A stretch of DNA of 64,000 nt from Phoronis australis. Lineage: Eukaryota > Animalia > Phoronida. The notes under the pieces are model-generated. The model worked only from the letters and a program-made list of their open reading frames with translations. It ran no database searches and had not been told where the DNA came from. Below are positions 25,755 through 40,054 of this stretch, piece after piece. The DNA is taken from positions 1 to 64,000 of the forward strand of contig NMRA01000758.1 of NCBI GenBank assembly GCA_002633005.1, given 5' to 3'. A program made the position numbers and the translations under genes. Every line of letters begins with the position of its first letter. The stretch's first letter is position 1.

Positions 25755-27226
25755 AATCTTTTACCTGAAATGGTAAGGTATATTTGAATAGGCCTATTGT
25801 TGCCAAATGATTCCCAGTCCTGAGAAGTTGACATAGGCCCTAAGCGCCCTGGTCAAGGAAGGGGTTTATTCAATTGGTTTAATCCAGAATTCTCAAAGCA
25901 TGGACCTTCATTGTTAGCCAGGACTAATTATGAAAAAGGATTCCAAAAAGCAGGGAACTCCCCAACCACTGGTGGGTTACCATGGAGCAGTAATTCAAGA
26001 CAATTATAGAAGGCGTAGTCATAAATTTTGCAAGGATTTGACAATCTATCATAGCCAAAACGATCAAACTGTATTTAATGTCATGACCACAAAATACCCA
26101 AGTATTTCCACCAAGTTGGGTTACCAAGGCGACAACTGAAGCATGAGACACATGTACAGGATATTATGAGTGAAATAGCATTGGAATTATCAAGACCTTT
26201 TAAAGTATTCCTAGATATATCCTGCCTCCTACACAGATGTTAGCAAGCTGTTTTGTGTTAAAATTAAGACAACAATATGGGGTTCTCCAGTCAAACTCAG
26301 CTTTCTAACCAAGACTTCAGGACACTGAAACATTCTGATCTGATAACAACAAAAATTACAACTTTACAACTCCAAAAAATATGGACTCAGTCTCCCACAA
26401 TAAATCAGGAATTTTTAGCAGATCACACAATCATGCTTTCGTAAAACCAACAAGAAATCGTCACTTTTCAAAGCTTTAATTTCAACCCCAGCGGAGAAGT
26501 CGAGAACTCACATCCGGGTCACTTTCAAATGAAAACAAAAAGGCAGTGGGTACCAGAAGATATGTCAGCAACAATTGCACTTGAAGTAATACCCTATAAT
26601 CATGGTTTATGGCTATGAAATTGCTAATTACAATTTTTAAAAAAATTTATCGGTCAGACTGTAAATATCTGACCCCAATAAAGCTATTTTGTTGAGTTCA
26701 TCGGGTAGTAAGGGCATCATACTCCACGCCCCGTCCAAGCTGTCTTTTTTTGAAAGGTCGTTAAATGACTACCCGGCTGGTCATCTACATATAATTTTTT
26801 TCAGACTGCTCTAAATTTTAGAATGCTAATGTGACTTAAAGGAACTATGAGTATGCAAGAATTTTAGAGTTTGCTAAAACTTGTTTCCTGGTACAAAAGC
26901 AGCATTGCATATTGATTTTTCAATTCAGTAAAATTTACAAAAAAAGTGCGTGTTCAAAAAATAAGAACACTTCTACAACAGAAAGGCTAGCTTAAACAGG
27001 CTACCCTAGATTGTATTGTTTACAAAAATAACATTCCAAGGTGAACAGGTAAGGTCAGTCAGCCAGTTCCAGTTTCAGAGATGACACTGGCTTTGGGTGT
27101 GTGACAAAAACTGGAGGTGACTTCAAATCCAGAAAAAGATGACTAAGTGATGCAGTCGTAACTTCATGAAATGAAGATCAGCAGACAACAGAGACAGGTT
27201 GAGGGAACATAACACCCTCACAGGAC

Positions 27227-27299
27227 ATGGAGAACTTCAAACTGGCTACATGGGCAGTGCTTGCTACTATTGTACACCATTATGTACGGGTAGAATCAG
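27227..27299 (+). CDS. Gene B exon 1: signal peptide
   Basis: MENFKLATWAVLATIVHHYVRVES then G|gtaagt phase-1 donor; good ATG context (GACATGG). Confidence 0.75.
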
Positions 27300-28039
27300 G
27301 TAAGTTGGGTGAATGGCATGTAGTACTTGAATCTATTTACACATGTGTTATGTTTTGTAAAGGTTTGCAATTTACGGAAATTAGAACTTGCAGTAGAAAT
27401 GTTTGGAAACTTGATGACTTGACATTGCTTACTTTAAGTATGACTTCAGTTTTTCATAACCACAAAGCCACAAACAATACTGTCTAAAAACAAATAAGTG
27501 AAGTGAACGATTCATGAGTTCAAAACTTTACAGAGGTAACAACCTACGGTAGTTGAAATACCATTTGAGAAAAACGCAGATCACATCCACATAATGGGTA
27601 CAGAGCGACACCTGACTGTTATTCAAAATCCAGTCCTAGAGAATACTAGAATCTAAACAACTGGGGAAATGAGTCACCAAGGCAATAACAAATGGTGAAA
27701 ACCCCAAACCACCACTTTTTATTGAATAATAAATTGATACAACACCACCAATAAAGCAGAAATGCCTGAGAGGGCAACATGCCACCCTCCCCTCACCCTG
27801 ACTTTGTGAAAATACTACCAATCCCTCCCATGGCATTGCCAAAGCATAGAAGACAATCATTAATAAATAAGTTTAAAAACACTCATGTGTATAGTGACAT
27901 TTATTAACACTAGAAAGATTATTGTCACGGTGTGACAATGATGGACTCTGCGTGTGCGTATTAAACGAATTGTTATGGGAAGTTACTGACAGCAACCTGC
28001 TAACCAATTTGAAAAGGAATTCTTTAAAATTGTAGGAAA

Positions 28040-31000
28040 AATAACATGTTAATATTTTGATGACCTTTCCACTAATTGACCTCTTTTGGTGCATTATGAG
28101 CCAGTATGAGGGAATAATTGTAAACTCGATTAAAAGTGTGGTTAATGCTAAGAATCACAGATGTTTTACTTTAAGCACTTTAGAATACAACAAGAATGAA
28201 TTGGTCAAACTTTCAGAAGAAAAGTGTACCTAATGACCCAATGGGTGCACCAAATGACCTGATAATTTAGAATTCAAACTCATTTACTAAACAGATATGC
28301 AATTTTGAAGTCACTAGCTCATAATTTTAGTTTGCACTCAATGACCGTCGACCTATTTTTCTGATTGGTTAGGCATATTGCATAGTAAAGTAAGACGTTT
28401 GATTGGCATGGTGACTTACACCAGTATGCTGAACTTGAAAAGAATTCCTTGAAAAATATAGGGGATATAACATTTTGAATGTAGATAACCTTTGCACTAA
28501 TTGACCCTATCCGGTGCATTAGTAGCGTCTTTAGGAGAATCATTGCAAAGCCCATGAAAAATGTGTTTAATGCTGAGAATCACAGTTGTCTATCAGTTGA
28601 CACATCAGAGTACTTGGTGAATGAAAAGGTCAAATTTTCAGAAGAAAAATGCACCTGATGACCCCATGTTTGCACTAAATGACCTGAAACTTTGGATTCT
28701 GAATTGAATTACCTGTGCCAATCAGACCTGTGAATTTGAAGTGTCTAGCTCAAAATCTTAGTTTGCACCTAATGACCTTTGACCTGTTTAACATGATTGG
28801 ATGTCCCAATTACTTAGAAAAGTAATTTTTTAAATGAATAATGTAAGAACGAGCAAATTGAAAAAGTCTGAAATTTAAGAGAAAAGTGCACTAAATGACC
28901 TTAAAGTTGCACCTAATGACCCAAAAGTTTGTGATTGAACTTCCTTTGTGACTGGAAGCCACATGCATGAATATGAAAAGTTTAGCTCAAAAATCACTTT
29001 TGCACTTAATGACCTTTGACCCGGAAACTCAGCTCCCTTGGTTCGATTGGAAATCCGTGTACATTTCTGATGCACTTCTTTAGTCCCTACTTGTGAACAA
29101 AGTTCAAAGAGTCTATATAAAAATCTGCAGAAGAAGCATTTTGACGGAATGCACTTCATGACCTGTTTCAGGTCATTCCAGTGCGTTTTGGGTCAAAAAA
29201 TATAATCAATAAAAATCCCTTAACTATAACAGTGAATATGATTGTTGTAACTGAATCGATGTAAGAGTAATAACAATCTGAAAAGGAAGAATAAGAAGAA
29301 TAAGAATTACACTGCATAAAAGTTGCATCCTTTGTGTGAAAGAGCGCGATGTCCCTGGTAACTATGAAGAGTGAAAAGTAAGAATATCAACGGAGCATTG
29401 CACCAAATAACCCCACAGTTGCACCTAATGACCCCAAAGTTTGTGACTGAATTTCCTTTACGAATGGAAAGTATATGCGTGATTATGTAAGCTCTAGCTC
29501 AAAAATCACTTTTGCACTAAATGACTTTTGACCCGGAACCTCGGTTCCCTAATCCGATTTAAATTCCACGTAAATTTCGAGTGCACTTCTCTAGTATCTG
29601 CTTGTTATCAAAATTCGGAGATTCTAACTAAAAACCTGTAGAAGAAGCAATTTGACGAAATGCACTCTTTGACCTGTTTTGGGTCATTCCGGTTCATTTT
29701 GAGTCAAATCCAAGAGATCAATAGAATTAGATTGCCAATTGCTTGAACCACCATGGATATGAACCCTCTTGATAATGAACAATGTAAGAACGAGAAGAAT
29801 GAAAAAAGTCTGAAATTGAAGAGAAAAGTGCACTTAATGACCCCAAAGTTGCACCTAATGACCCCAAAATTTTTGACTGAGCTTCTTTTGTGACTGGAAG
29901 CCACATGCATGAATATGGAAGGTCTAGTTCAAAAATCACTTTTGCAATTAATGACCTTTGACCCAGAAACTCAGTTCCCTTGGTCCAAATGTAAATTTCT
30001 GATGCACTTCTTTAGTCCCTACTTGTTAACAAAGTTCAAAAATTCTATATAAAAAGCTGTAGAAGAAACATTTTGACGGAATACACCTGTTTCAGGTCAT
30101 TCCGGTGCATTTTGGATCAAAAAACATAATCAATAAAATCCCTTAACTATCGTATCAATCACAGTGAATATGATTGTTGTAAGTAAATCAATGTAAGAGT
30201 AACAGCAATCTGAAAAGGAAGGAAGAAGAATAAGAATGAGAACTAAAACGCAATTGTGTATGCGCACTTACAACTCTGCGCGTGGTGTATGCACGTGCAT
30301 AGTGAAGTATAGGTGCATTACACGGCATAGGAGTTTCATCCTTTGTGTGAAAGAGAGCGATGTACCTGGTAACTATGAAAGAGCAAGAGTGAAAAGAAAG
30401 AATATCAATGGAAAACTGCACATAATGACGCCAGAGTTTCAGCTAATGACCCCAGGGTTTGTAACTGAATTTCCTTTACGAATGAGTGATTATGTAAGGT
30501 CTAGCTCAAAAATCACTTTTGCACTTAATGACATTTGACCCGGAAACTCGGTTCTCTTTATAAGATTTAGTTTCCAAGCAAATTTCGTGGGCACTTCTCT
30601 AGTGTCTGCTTATTATCAAAATGCAGAGAATCTATCTAACACCCTGTAGAAGAAGAAGCAATTTGACAGAATGCAACCCTTTACCCGTAACGGGTCATTC
30701 CGGTCAATAGAATATCATCGGCAGTTTGTTGAACCACCATGAATATGAACGCCCTCACTAATGCATCATGTAAGTACAAGATGATTAAAAAAGTTATACT
30801 AACAAAAAAACTGCACTTAATGACCCCAAAGTTGCACCTTATGACTCCAAAGCTTGTGACTGAAGTTCGTTTGTGAAAGGAAATAATATGCACAATTATG
30901 AAAGGTCTAGCTCAAAAATCGTGCTAGCAATTAATGACCTTTAACCTGGAAACTCGAATCCCATGATCCAATTTAAATTCCAAGTTAATTTCAGATGGAC

Positions 31001-32075
31001 TACTCTAGTACCTACTTGTTATCAAAATCGGGAGAATCTATCTAAAAGCCTGTTGAAGAAGAAGCAATTTGACAGCATGCACTCCTTGACCCGTTTCGGT
31101 CAATCCGGCGCATTTTGAGTCAAATCGATGTGATCAATAGAATTTGATCGGCAATTGGTTGAACCACCATGAATTTGAATGCTCTCCCTAATGCATCATT
31201 CAGGTACAAGCTGATTGAAAAAGTCATAAATTCAACAGAAAACTGCACTTAATGACCCCAAAGTTGCACCTAGTGACCCCAAAGTTTGTGACTGAACTTC
31301 CTTTATGAATGTTAATTATACGAATGATTATGAAAGGTCTAGCTCAAAAATCACTTTTGCACTTAATGACCTTTGACCCGGAAACTCAGTTCCCTTCATA
31401 CGATTGGAAATCTAGGTAAATTTTGGATGCACTGCGTTAGCGCCTACTTACTTACAAAATTCAAAGAGTCTATTAAAAAATCTCTAGAAGAAGCATTTTA
31501 AAGGAATGCACTCCTTGACCTGTTTCAGGTCATTCCGGTGTATTTTAGGTGAAAATATTATCAATAAAAACAATTTCATTATCGTATCAACCACAAAGAA
31601 TATGATTCTTGTTAACGAATCGATGCAAGAGTAATAACAATCTGAAAAGGAAGGAAGAATAAGAATAAGAATAAGAACAATAATAAGAAGACAAAATACG
31701 TAGAACAGTAAAACTCTGCGCTTGCACGCGTAGAGTAACAAGAAGATAAAATACGTAGAACAGTACAACAATGTTTGAACGCGCAGAGTAATAAGAAGAT
31801 AAAATACGTAGAACAGTAAAACTCTGCGCTTACACGTGCAGAGTAATAATAAGAATAATAAGAAGATAAAATACGTGGCACAGTAAAACTCTGCGCTTGG
31901 ACGCGCAGAGTAATAATAATAATTAGAATAATAAGAAGATAAATTACCTAGAACCGTAAAACTCTGCGCTTACACGCGCAGAGTAATAAGAATAAGAATA
32001 CGAATAAGAATAAGAAGAATAAAGAATTTGAAACCCAGGAACAACAGTACTCTGCGCTTGCACGCGCAGAGTAAT
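28040..32075 (-). repeat. Composite repeat: diverged ~430-600-bp tandem units plus hairpin/microsatellite end (HINE/DINE-1-like)
   Basis: Recurrent AATGACCCCAAAGTTGCACCTAATGACC...TCTAGCTCAAAAATCACTTTTGCAC units; (AAGAAT)n tracts; repeated hairpin ACTCTGCGCTTGCACGCGCAGAGT at 31.7-32.07 kb. Confidence 0.75.
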
Positions 32076-32267
32076 AAAACACTTTTACAGCTAATGTTGT
32101 CATCTTTGAGCTACTGCAGAAGGAGAGCTGCAAGCTCAGCTGGCTGCCTCAAGAGGAAGATAGCTCACAAATTGAAGGCCTGAAAATATGACCACAATGT
32201 GCTGGCCTAACTGTTTGAACTTTCTAACAAACCTCAAAAGTAGACTGGACTCAAGCTGGTGAAAACT

Positions 32268-32509
32268 AATGCGCGCACCCAGCCTTCAATATGGGGGGCT
32301 TGAATTCCTGACAATGTGTACCTTTTGGTAACAAAAAAGCGGGCGGACTGAAAAAAAAACGGGGTACCACCGTGAATTGCGTGTTTGTGCTTGTTTCGTG
32401 GACTGTTGTCTCACTTTTTGTTTCTCAGAGGCGGACCAAGTTTTTGCCAACTTCGCCAAATGGGGGGCTCGTTTGAGCCTGACCCGAGCCCCTCTTGGGT
32501 GCACGCATG
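32268..32509. mobile_element. MITE, inverted copy of 22030-22266
   Basis: ATGCGCGCACCCAG...TGGGTGCACGCATG; internal sequence is the reverse complement of the 22 kb copy. Confidence 0.6.
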
Positions 32510-32630
32510 TGTATGTTGCGATTTATTTGAAAATAGACATAACATTTTGGTTACTATAACTTGGTGGTTGCCATTTCATCAATACCTTAAAGCAGCTTTC
32601 TGATAGAGAATGGTTTTTCTTTTCTTCCAG

Positions 32631-32951
32631 ATGAATTACATGCAAATGGCTGCCATGACAAGGGAAGCATCAGACTAGAGTGCAACATAACTGGACAAAC
32701 CATTTTATTTGATTCAATATATTATGGTTGGAATATAAATCCTTCTGTGTGCGACCTGACAGAAAAAGGATGTAACAAAGGCCCATATTTTGGCGGAGTG
32801 ATCATAGAAAACTTTTTGAAATATTTCCATGCTCAATGCACAAATAAAACATCATGCAACATTATAGTACATCAACGAACAGATCTATTTCAAGACTGCA
32901 CGGAAAGTAACAAAACAAAATATGTGGCAATCTTCTATAGATGCATTTCTG
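32631..32951 (+). CDS. Gene B exon 2: SUEL/Gal_Lectin-like domain (8 Cys)
   Basis: ttccag/gtaagt, phase 1-1; DELHANGCHDKGSIRLECNITGQTILFDSIYYGW...CDLTEKGC...CTNKTSCNIIV...FQDCTESNKTKYVAIFYRCIS. Confidence 0.88.
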
Positions 32952-34140
32952 GTAAGTATCACAATCAGGCCTTCTATGAGAAAATTTGTTACTTTATGTC
33001 AAAGCCAAGGTTGTTTTATAAGTCACCTCCCCCACTGCTCTAGGACTTGTGATTGCATTGACTTGTCATTGCTCCGCAAGATCATGGCAATGCATTCATA
33101 TGACTGTGAGTGTCTCATAAGATGGGAGACATTTGTGATAGTCCCAAAAGCAACTACAACTTCAATTTGTTTGGTCACGGCCAAGGGGGAATGCTATATA
33201 AGCCAGTGACTTCAATACCTGTGACAGCACCACAACATATGCCCATCTTATCAACTGTACCCATTATCTTTGCAAACTGATACTCATTAACATAATATTT
33301 TAATTACACATTAAAAGCATCACTATGATTATAGAACAAAATATCATTAAGACTGACAGGGTTTCCTTTTTTCATTTGCCTTCCGTGTTTGCACTCGATA
33401 ACGTCATACGTGAGACCACTGGCTCACACCTGCTGCCATAAGGGGGCAGGTGCCCCTGACCCTACCTTAATCAAGTTACTGTGAAACGTTCACAAAAGAA
33501 GAGTAAGCTGGGCACCAAAAAGTCAATACAACCATGCCCAAAACAGTGAAACATCACTGATTACCCGATGCAGTAAAGATTCTTTGAAGAATTGCTCCAA
33601 TTTCACACAGCGAACCAGTGATATAATTTGCCCACATTGTAATAAACAGCATGTTACCATAGTGGTGATTTTCAGTTTGATGTAATATACTCTGACATCA
33701 TAACCAATTTGAGTACCAGGAATGCTGACCTAACCTGAAAAAAATCATCCGCCATTTGTTAGGCGCTGTTGCTCCCCACTTCATGTGTGCTAAGTTTCTA
33801 AGTTTCAGTCTTCGAGTATGGTAGACAAGCCCACCAAAACCTGTCAAGATGCCTCCATACCTGCGTGCCTGGATGGAGATGCACCTACATATAAATCACT
33901 ACTTTTAAGACTGAGGGCACAGTTGAAAACACTTGAACTTTTTGTTAGAAGACATTTAATAACTACTGCACAGAACTAGTTAGGATATGAAGAGCAATGA
34001 AAAGTTTTGTTTTTTTTTAATTCCAACAACATAAAATTATCCTAGCTGTAACTCCAAGTGTGCTGGAACTTGAAGAATCTTTATTGTAATTCCCTAAATA
34101 CATAAATTTGACCAAGGTACAGCACAAATTTCATTTTCAG

Positions 34141-34407
34141 AAATGAACAGAGCAAGCGACCAACCGCCAACATCGACCATGCCAACATCAACCATGCCAA
34201 CATCAACCACGCCATCACCAAAAACACCATCGCCAACAACACCATCACCAACCATGCCAGATGTCCTTATATCAGGTCGAACACCTGCAGACACAAGTGA
34301 ACCACCAGATGTGAACCCCACAGAGAATAGCACCTCAGACATAGGTGGGCCAGACTTGACCACCAGAGAACCAAGTACAACAACGGGCTCTGCAGAGTCA
34401 CGCGATG
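34141..34407 (+). CDS. Gene B exon 3: Ser/Thr/Pro stalk with pentapeptide repeats
   Basis: ttttcag/gtaggt, phase 1-1; PTSTM PTSTM PTSTT PSPKT PSPTT PSPTM. Confidence 0.85.
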
Positions 34408-34635
34408 GTAGGTGGGTCACATCTTGCACAAAATTAAAATTCAAACAACAAAAATGATCCCAGCTTTAACCACGAAATTTGAAGAAGTACATTTCATGCT
34501 CAGCAAATTGACAACCAATGAGGAAAGCATACAGAAGATAGTTGAGAAAAATTGGTGATGAGGATGGTCAGGAAGATGACCACAATGAAAGCGAGTAATA
34601 CGCAGTGTATGCTTGTAATCCATCACTGTGTTATA

Positions 34636-37600
34636 CGGTAAAGACGTGTGATTTTCGGACGGCCCGCCATTTTCGACCAAGAATAAATATTTCCGAAATG
34701 AATTTTTCATAGTCCACGAAATTCGTACAAGGTCCAAAAACTGTTTTTTAATGATCTTCGAACTTCGGACAATGTCATCAACGTCGGATTTTTGCCCCGC
34801 GACTTTCGGACAAGGAAAATTTTAGAAACGCTAATTTGGGATCGACGCAACTCCCGTGTCACTAAAGCGTTCAACGGATGATTACTACTCTATAAGGCTT
34901 GAATCTGAGAATTGGTGTAACGGGCTTTGTAATTTTTACCTTGTCTTGACGATGTCATGACCGTTACTCGATTGTCTTGCGTTTAGCTTGTGTTTGGCGC
35001 TTTAGCTATGGAAAGAGTCACCGAGTCCCGCATGACGAAAATTTCTGATGAAAATACAAATGGGAAATACACCGAAGGCTGCAGTTTTTCGTTGTAGCGT
35101 AACATGTGCTCTGGTTTAATTAGACCGTGTTGTTCGACTTCGGACTGTGACATTGAACTTGCACGCCTGACATCAACTTGTGTGTTTACGAAACGTTTTT
35201 ATTTTTAAAACGTCCTGGCCTTTGCAAATGCCCTTGTTAGTGGCTAAAATCTCCGGCGACGTGTCCCGATTTTATTCTTGACGTGATGAGAAATATTTTT
35301 TGTTTAGGCCCCCATTCACAATAGGCCACAGCTAAGTCTGTCCGTAGGATATCGCGCGTTCAAAGTAGTGTAGATAGTGAACAGCAGCAGCCGAATGAGA
35401 CGGAGCCAAAGTAAAGCTGGTTAAAAATCAAACATAGTGCAAGGCCCAGCACTCAGAAAGGGGCGCGGCGCACACGCAATTGTTACAGAGACATTGCATC
35501 CCTGTCCTATGTTGTGTAAGCGCCGGTGTGCTATAACACATATCAAAAACTAATGTACATCCACGTAACCACGTTTCATTACCCTTACAAATTGTCTGTT
35601 GCTCTCTGATAAGCATCGCAGATGCAAGAATCTCGCTAAAGAAGATAGTGTGATCGTGTGCTTCGTTTGCAATGCCTCACCAAACGTCTCGACGTCTTCA
35701 GTCTAGCGTGTTCGTGAGATTCTCACCCTTGCGCCCCTGGTCGCAGACTAGGGTAGAGTTCAGTAGCTGTCTTGGGAAATACAAAAATCTAGCCAAAATC
35801 ACGCTTTCAATTCAAAAACACAATACATCAGGTAATTTCATGAATTCTTGCTTTTTAGCGAAGTTCTAGCGTTACGAGCTTTACCCCAGATGTAAACCTA
35901 AAAAAGATTTAACTTGCGGCGACCCAATTTTGCTTGCTCATCCACTGGTCTGTGTACTTGTGGTCTTGTTAATTCACACCCTGTACCGTCTGAGGTACAA
36001 CACCCTGAACTCCATGGTGTCCCGAGATTAAGATGAATCCCGACAAGGACACCGGGACCCTGTGGCACTCTCTGTCTGCGGCGGCTAAGAAAATCCTCCA
36101 CCAATCATTTCGAAAAATGACAAGTCAGTTGAATCAGATTTGGTAGTCGTTGCTTCTTGTGGTCCTAGGGGTAGGCTAACAAGAATACAGGACCTGGAGT
36201 CCGATGCAACGGGCTTGGAACCTGATAAGTGTTTCCGACCCGGAGTTCGATATCTACTTTCCACAGGACCTTGCCTTCTAGTCCATGTTACCGCCTTCAG
36301 TTGATAGTTTTGAGACAAAAAAGAAACGTGATCTTAAACTACAGACCATGTTTTTGTATTACTTAATATAGTTTTAGAGGCATTTCAGCTGTAAGTGTGT
36401 TTAATTGTGTTGACTGTTACATTGCTAATTATTATTGTTCTATTTTTACCCGAGGTGATGCCTTACTTGCAGCAAGGGTAAATAATTTTGGGAAGTATTA
36501 CCAGCGATTTCCGTATATAAGTTGGGGAAACCAAACGTCTTATGTAAAAATACACCAGGGCCTATACTCAGCAATGCCGAATACACGAACACAGTATAAA
36601 TACTGTAGCTCACCCTAATTATATCCTAGTGGGAATAGCATTATTTTTAGATTTCAAGCATGCATTTTTATTCTCAGATATGCATCCTAGGTATATTTTA
36701 GGAAAAAATTTAAGATACGCAAATTGGCCATATTTTCTTCTGGATTTATATACGGAAATTTACGGTGGATCTTCTTAAACCTGTAAACCATGAAAATTTC
36801 ATTGAGACAGTTTTGTTCTACTAACATGTTCAACTAACATTCCGTTCATGCAAGTCGGTCAGTACGTTCGCATTTAAGGCGTTATTGCAACAGGTAAGTG
36901 TTGTTTTGATTTTTGTTTGGTGCTTCCATATTTTATTTTGTTATGTATTCCTGTCTTCAGATAGTCACTGTTATTCTTCAACAACATTTCTGTACTTATA
37001 ATGAGACTTCAGTAAACTCGCGACTGTTCATACTTTAAATGTTAGCAGAAGTGTGTAGTGTCCATCAGCAGAGACCTGTGGGAAGAACTATTTTCCGTAA
37101 CTGTAGCAAATATATGACGCAATGAAATGAAAACGGTCGACATAGATGAATTGTAATTGGTTAAATGTATATTAAGAAAGAAAATTAAGTATATAAATAG
37201 TAGACCGGTTCTTGAATTGCCTGGTTTACGTCCTTCATGAGTTCACCTGTCCCAAATTGAGTGCTTTCGTTTTTCTTTTCAGGTCGTCACTAGTCGATTC
37301 TTCTAACAGTCGTGATCTGCCCAGTAGCCTATTGTATCAACGTGCGCAACAACGGTCTTGGCAGGGGGTTGCACCAAGCAGACTCCCTTAGAATTAGTGG
37401 CACAAAATCGACATTGGTGTGCAGCAGGAGGCCGAGGGGGGGAGGGGTGGCGGCGTAAATTAGTAGTGACTGAGGGAGACTGAGCTGCGCGAAATTGGTG
37501 ATGACCGTGGACGGCGCTAAACTGGTGACGACCAGAAGAAACGGCCCTGTTATCTTCCTCGCAGATTATCAGAAAATGCTAACGATTATCAGTTTCATTT

Positions 37601-38958
37601 CATCCACAAACAGATTTCACAAGTCAGAGTTTTCACTGTGGTTGAAAACGTAAGCGAACCCAGATGTGTTAGGTCACCTCAGTTGCATGAAGACGCGCCA
37701 GTGTATCACTGAGTTAATATCGGGCGTTTCAAAGGCTGTGGATGAGAAAGGTTTTAATTGTAAAAAAACGGTTGGGTGAATTTGATGTTGGTAGCATTTG
37801 AAATTGCATTTGCTTTCTAGTCAACGCCCTTATATATACAATATGTTAGTTAATCGTGTCTTCAGCCGCGCAGCACTGTACTAGTCGACGCATTCCCATC
37901 GTTTGCAGTAGGCCTAAACATGTAGAACGACAGCGCTTCTTCAACAATTCAGACGACTACCAGGACGACAAATGGGGATCACGAGTAGATGAGAAACTAC
38001 TCGTTTTATTATCATGATTGTCTTTTTAATCTGTTTTGGGTAATTGTTCAATCAAAGTTTTTATGTTGAAACTGAGCTTTCAGATAATATGGAAATAAAC
38101 GTGTCAGAGTTAACTTGCGTTTCGGTTTGTAACCAGCAGACAATGCATGGATACGTTTAACAAACATAAATATATGCTATGTTCTTGTCATTGTTCGTCA
38201 CTTTCTTCACTGAACTCGTTCCCACATCCATTACTGTTACGTTTAATGCAAAATTCGTTAAAATTGAGAAAGCGCATGTTTTGATGGTCGGGAACCCTCT
38301 TTGTGCGCCGAATACGCAAGTCCAGCTTTTTATTGGGAAACCATGCGTTGACAGCGCAAACTCGACATTTTTTATTGAGAAAACGCATTTTTACAAAAGA
38401 GAATCGGTTGTCTGTAACGTTTCATGTGCGTCAACAACGCAAACCAGACCCACTCATTGAAAAGCCCATATTTGTCACCAGGAAGACTCTTCACAACGCA
38501 GCCCGGCCGATATTTCAAGTGAGATAGCGCAGTTTTGAAAAGATTCCGTCTCTTGCCGAGAACGGTTTTTGAGCATCGGCAATGCAAGCCGAATATTTCA
38601 TATTGAGAAAGCACATCTTTGAAAAGAAGAACCAACACTTGTTGGGAACGGTCTTTGTGCGTCGACGACGCACATTTCTTATTGGGAAAGCCAGATTTTC
38701 AAAAATTAATCGCTCAGACCATTTGAGTCTCATTTACCTGCAATTATACTGCTATCAAATGACCGAGCCAGCATTGTTGATACTACGACCACTCATCGAA
38801 ATAATGTACACCCACGAAATTCGGACACTAGCGGAAACCCAAATTTGGAGGTCCGCCAAATTCGGACACCACAAAATGATATTTCGCGAGATTCGTCCAA
38901 GAATAATTTTTTCTATTGGAATTAATTTTCAGTGTCCGAAAATCACGCGACTTTACCG
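34636..38958. mobile_element. 4.3-kb non-autonomous TIR transposon (TA flanks) in gene B intron 3
   Basis: CGGTAAAGACGTGTGATTTTCGGAC ... GTCCGAAAATCACGCGACTTTACCG; subterminal TTCGGAC repeats; contains a short LINE-RT-like remnant (LVEDFLSRRRQRVPQG, - strand ~36.1 kb). Confidence 0.8.
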
Positions 38959-40054
38959 TAGTATGATTAAATAAAAGTACTTTAAATTGATCTAATTTCA
39001 TTGTCAAAATAGTGAGAGCTGTTACATTATTAAAAAGTCAAACGGACACAAAAAATATTTTCAAACTGAAGATCATGAAAAAATCAATGAGATAACACTA
39101 AGGATCAAACCCTTGATTTCACGCACAAAACATTAAAGCCATCCGCCATTCCAAGCATTATAAGCGAAGCACACGGCCATCTCGCTAAATTCTTGCATCT
39201 GAGTTTTCAGTAATGTCAGCATGTGTTTACGGACCGACAACCATGGTCGTTTCCGCAACATACCTCAACGTCCAATCAGAACTCGCACAGTATTCACCGA
39301 TTCTCAGTATTGATTCTTTCCCCAAGATTACCTCTTTTCGGATGATAGCTGACTGAAAACTAGTCGGTAATTTTCTCCAGACTACATGTGTCGATTGCAC
39401 TAGCAGACGTCATTTTCTTCTTCAGAGCTGCCTATCCAAAAACTGAGCCTTCAGTACCATTGGGCATTTCTTTCAGTATTTTCTGAAGTTTTTCAGTAAC
39501 AAAGTACGAAGACACAAACATGTAGAGGGGGGGGGGCGCTGAAAAACTTTTATATAGTGCAATATGACTTTTTCTTGAACACTCAAAAGTAAACACAAAG
39601 CCAAACAAACCTTTTGCAGTTATGTTAAGGACTGCGCATAACAAGATTTCAACTCGGCAAGTTGCTTCTTAGAGTAAACCCTAGATTCACATTTACTTCA
39701 TCAAAAAAACAACTTTGGTCCCCGAATGATTGGTAACAGCAACTGCTAGGCAGGCAACACACGCTTTGTCGACGCGGAATTGTAGCCAATGCGCAACATG
39801 CTTTCTGATTATTCTTTAATCTATCCGATAACATAGCTTGTTCTAAACAAAGCAAAGCCAAGCAAAAGCCAAACCCGAGTATCGTTCACGTGATTCAGTG
39901 CTAATGACCTATATTTTCCATGTCACAGATTCAGTTAAATTGTAAATCGACTCGATACGTCAGACAGCAATGTGGACGATGTGATTGGTTAACAATGACA
40001 TGACCCAATAACCAAGCAACAATGCTTGCGATCATTTATGCTTTCGAGGTATCC

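Noticed and set aside
31690-32075. Palindromic direct repeats superficially like a CRISPR array
   Set aside because: No unique spacers, no cas genes, eukaryotic intron context
31484-32133. Hydrophobic - strand ORFs that look like membrane proteins
   Set aside because: Translations of TTCTTA microsatellite and hairpin repeats
36860-37300. Strong donor (acag|gtaagt ~36893) and acceptor (ttttcag ~37282) in gene B intron 3
   Set aside because: They lie within the 34636-38958 transposon; no frame-compatible receptor exon found
38179-38974. 93-130 aa ORFs as a transposase
   Set aside because: No DDE or HTH motifs recognisable; subterminal transposon sequence
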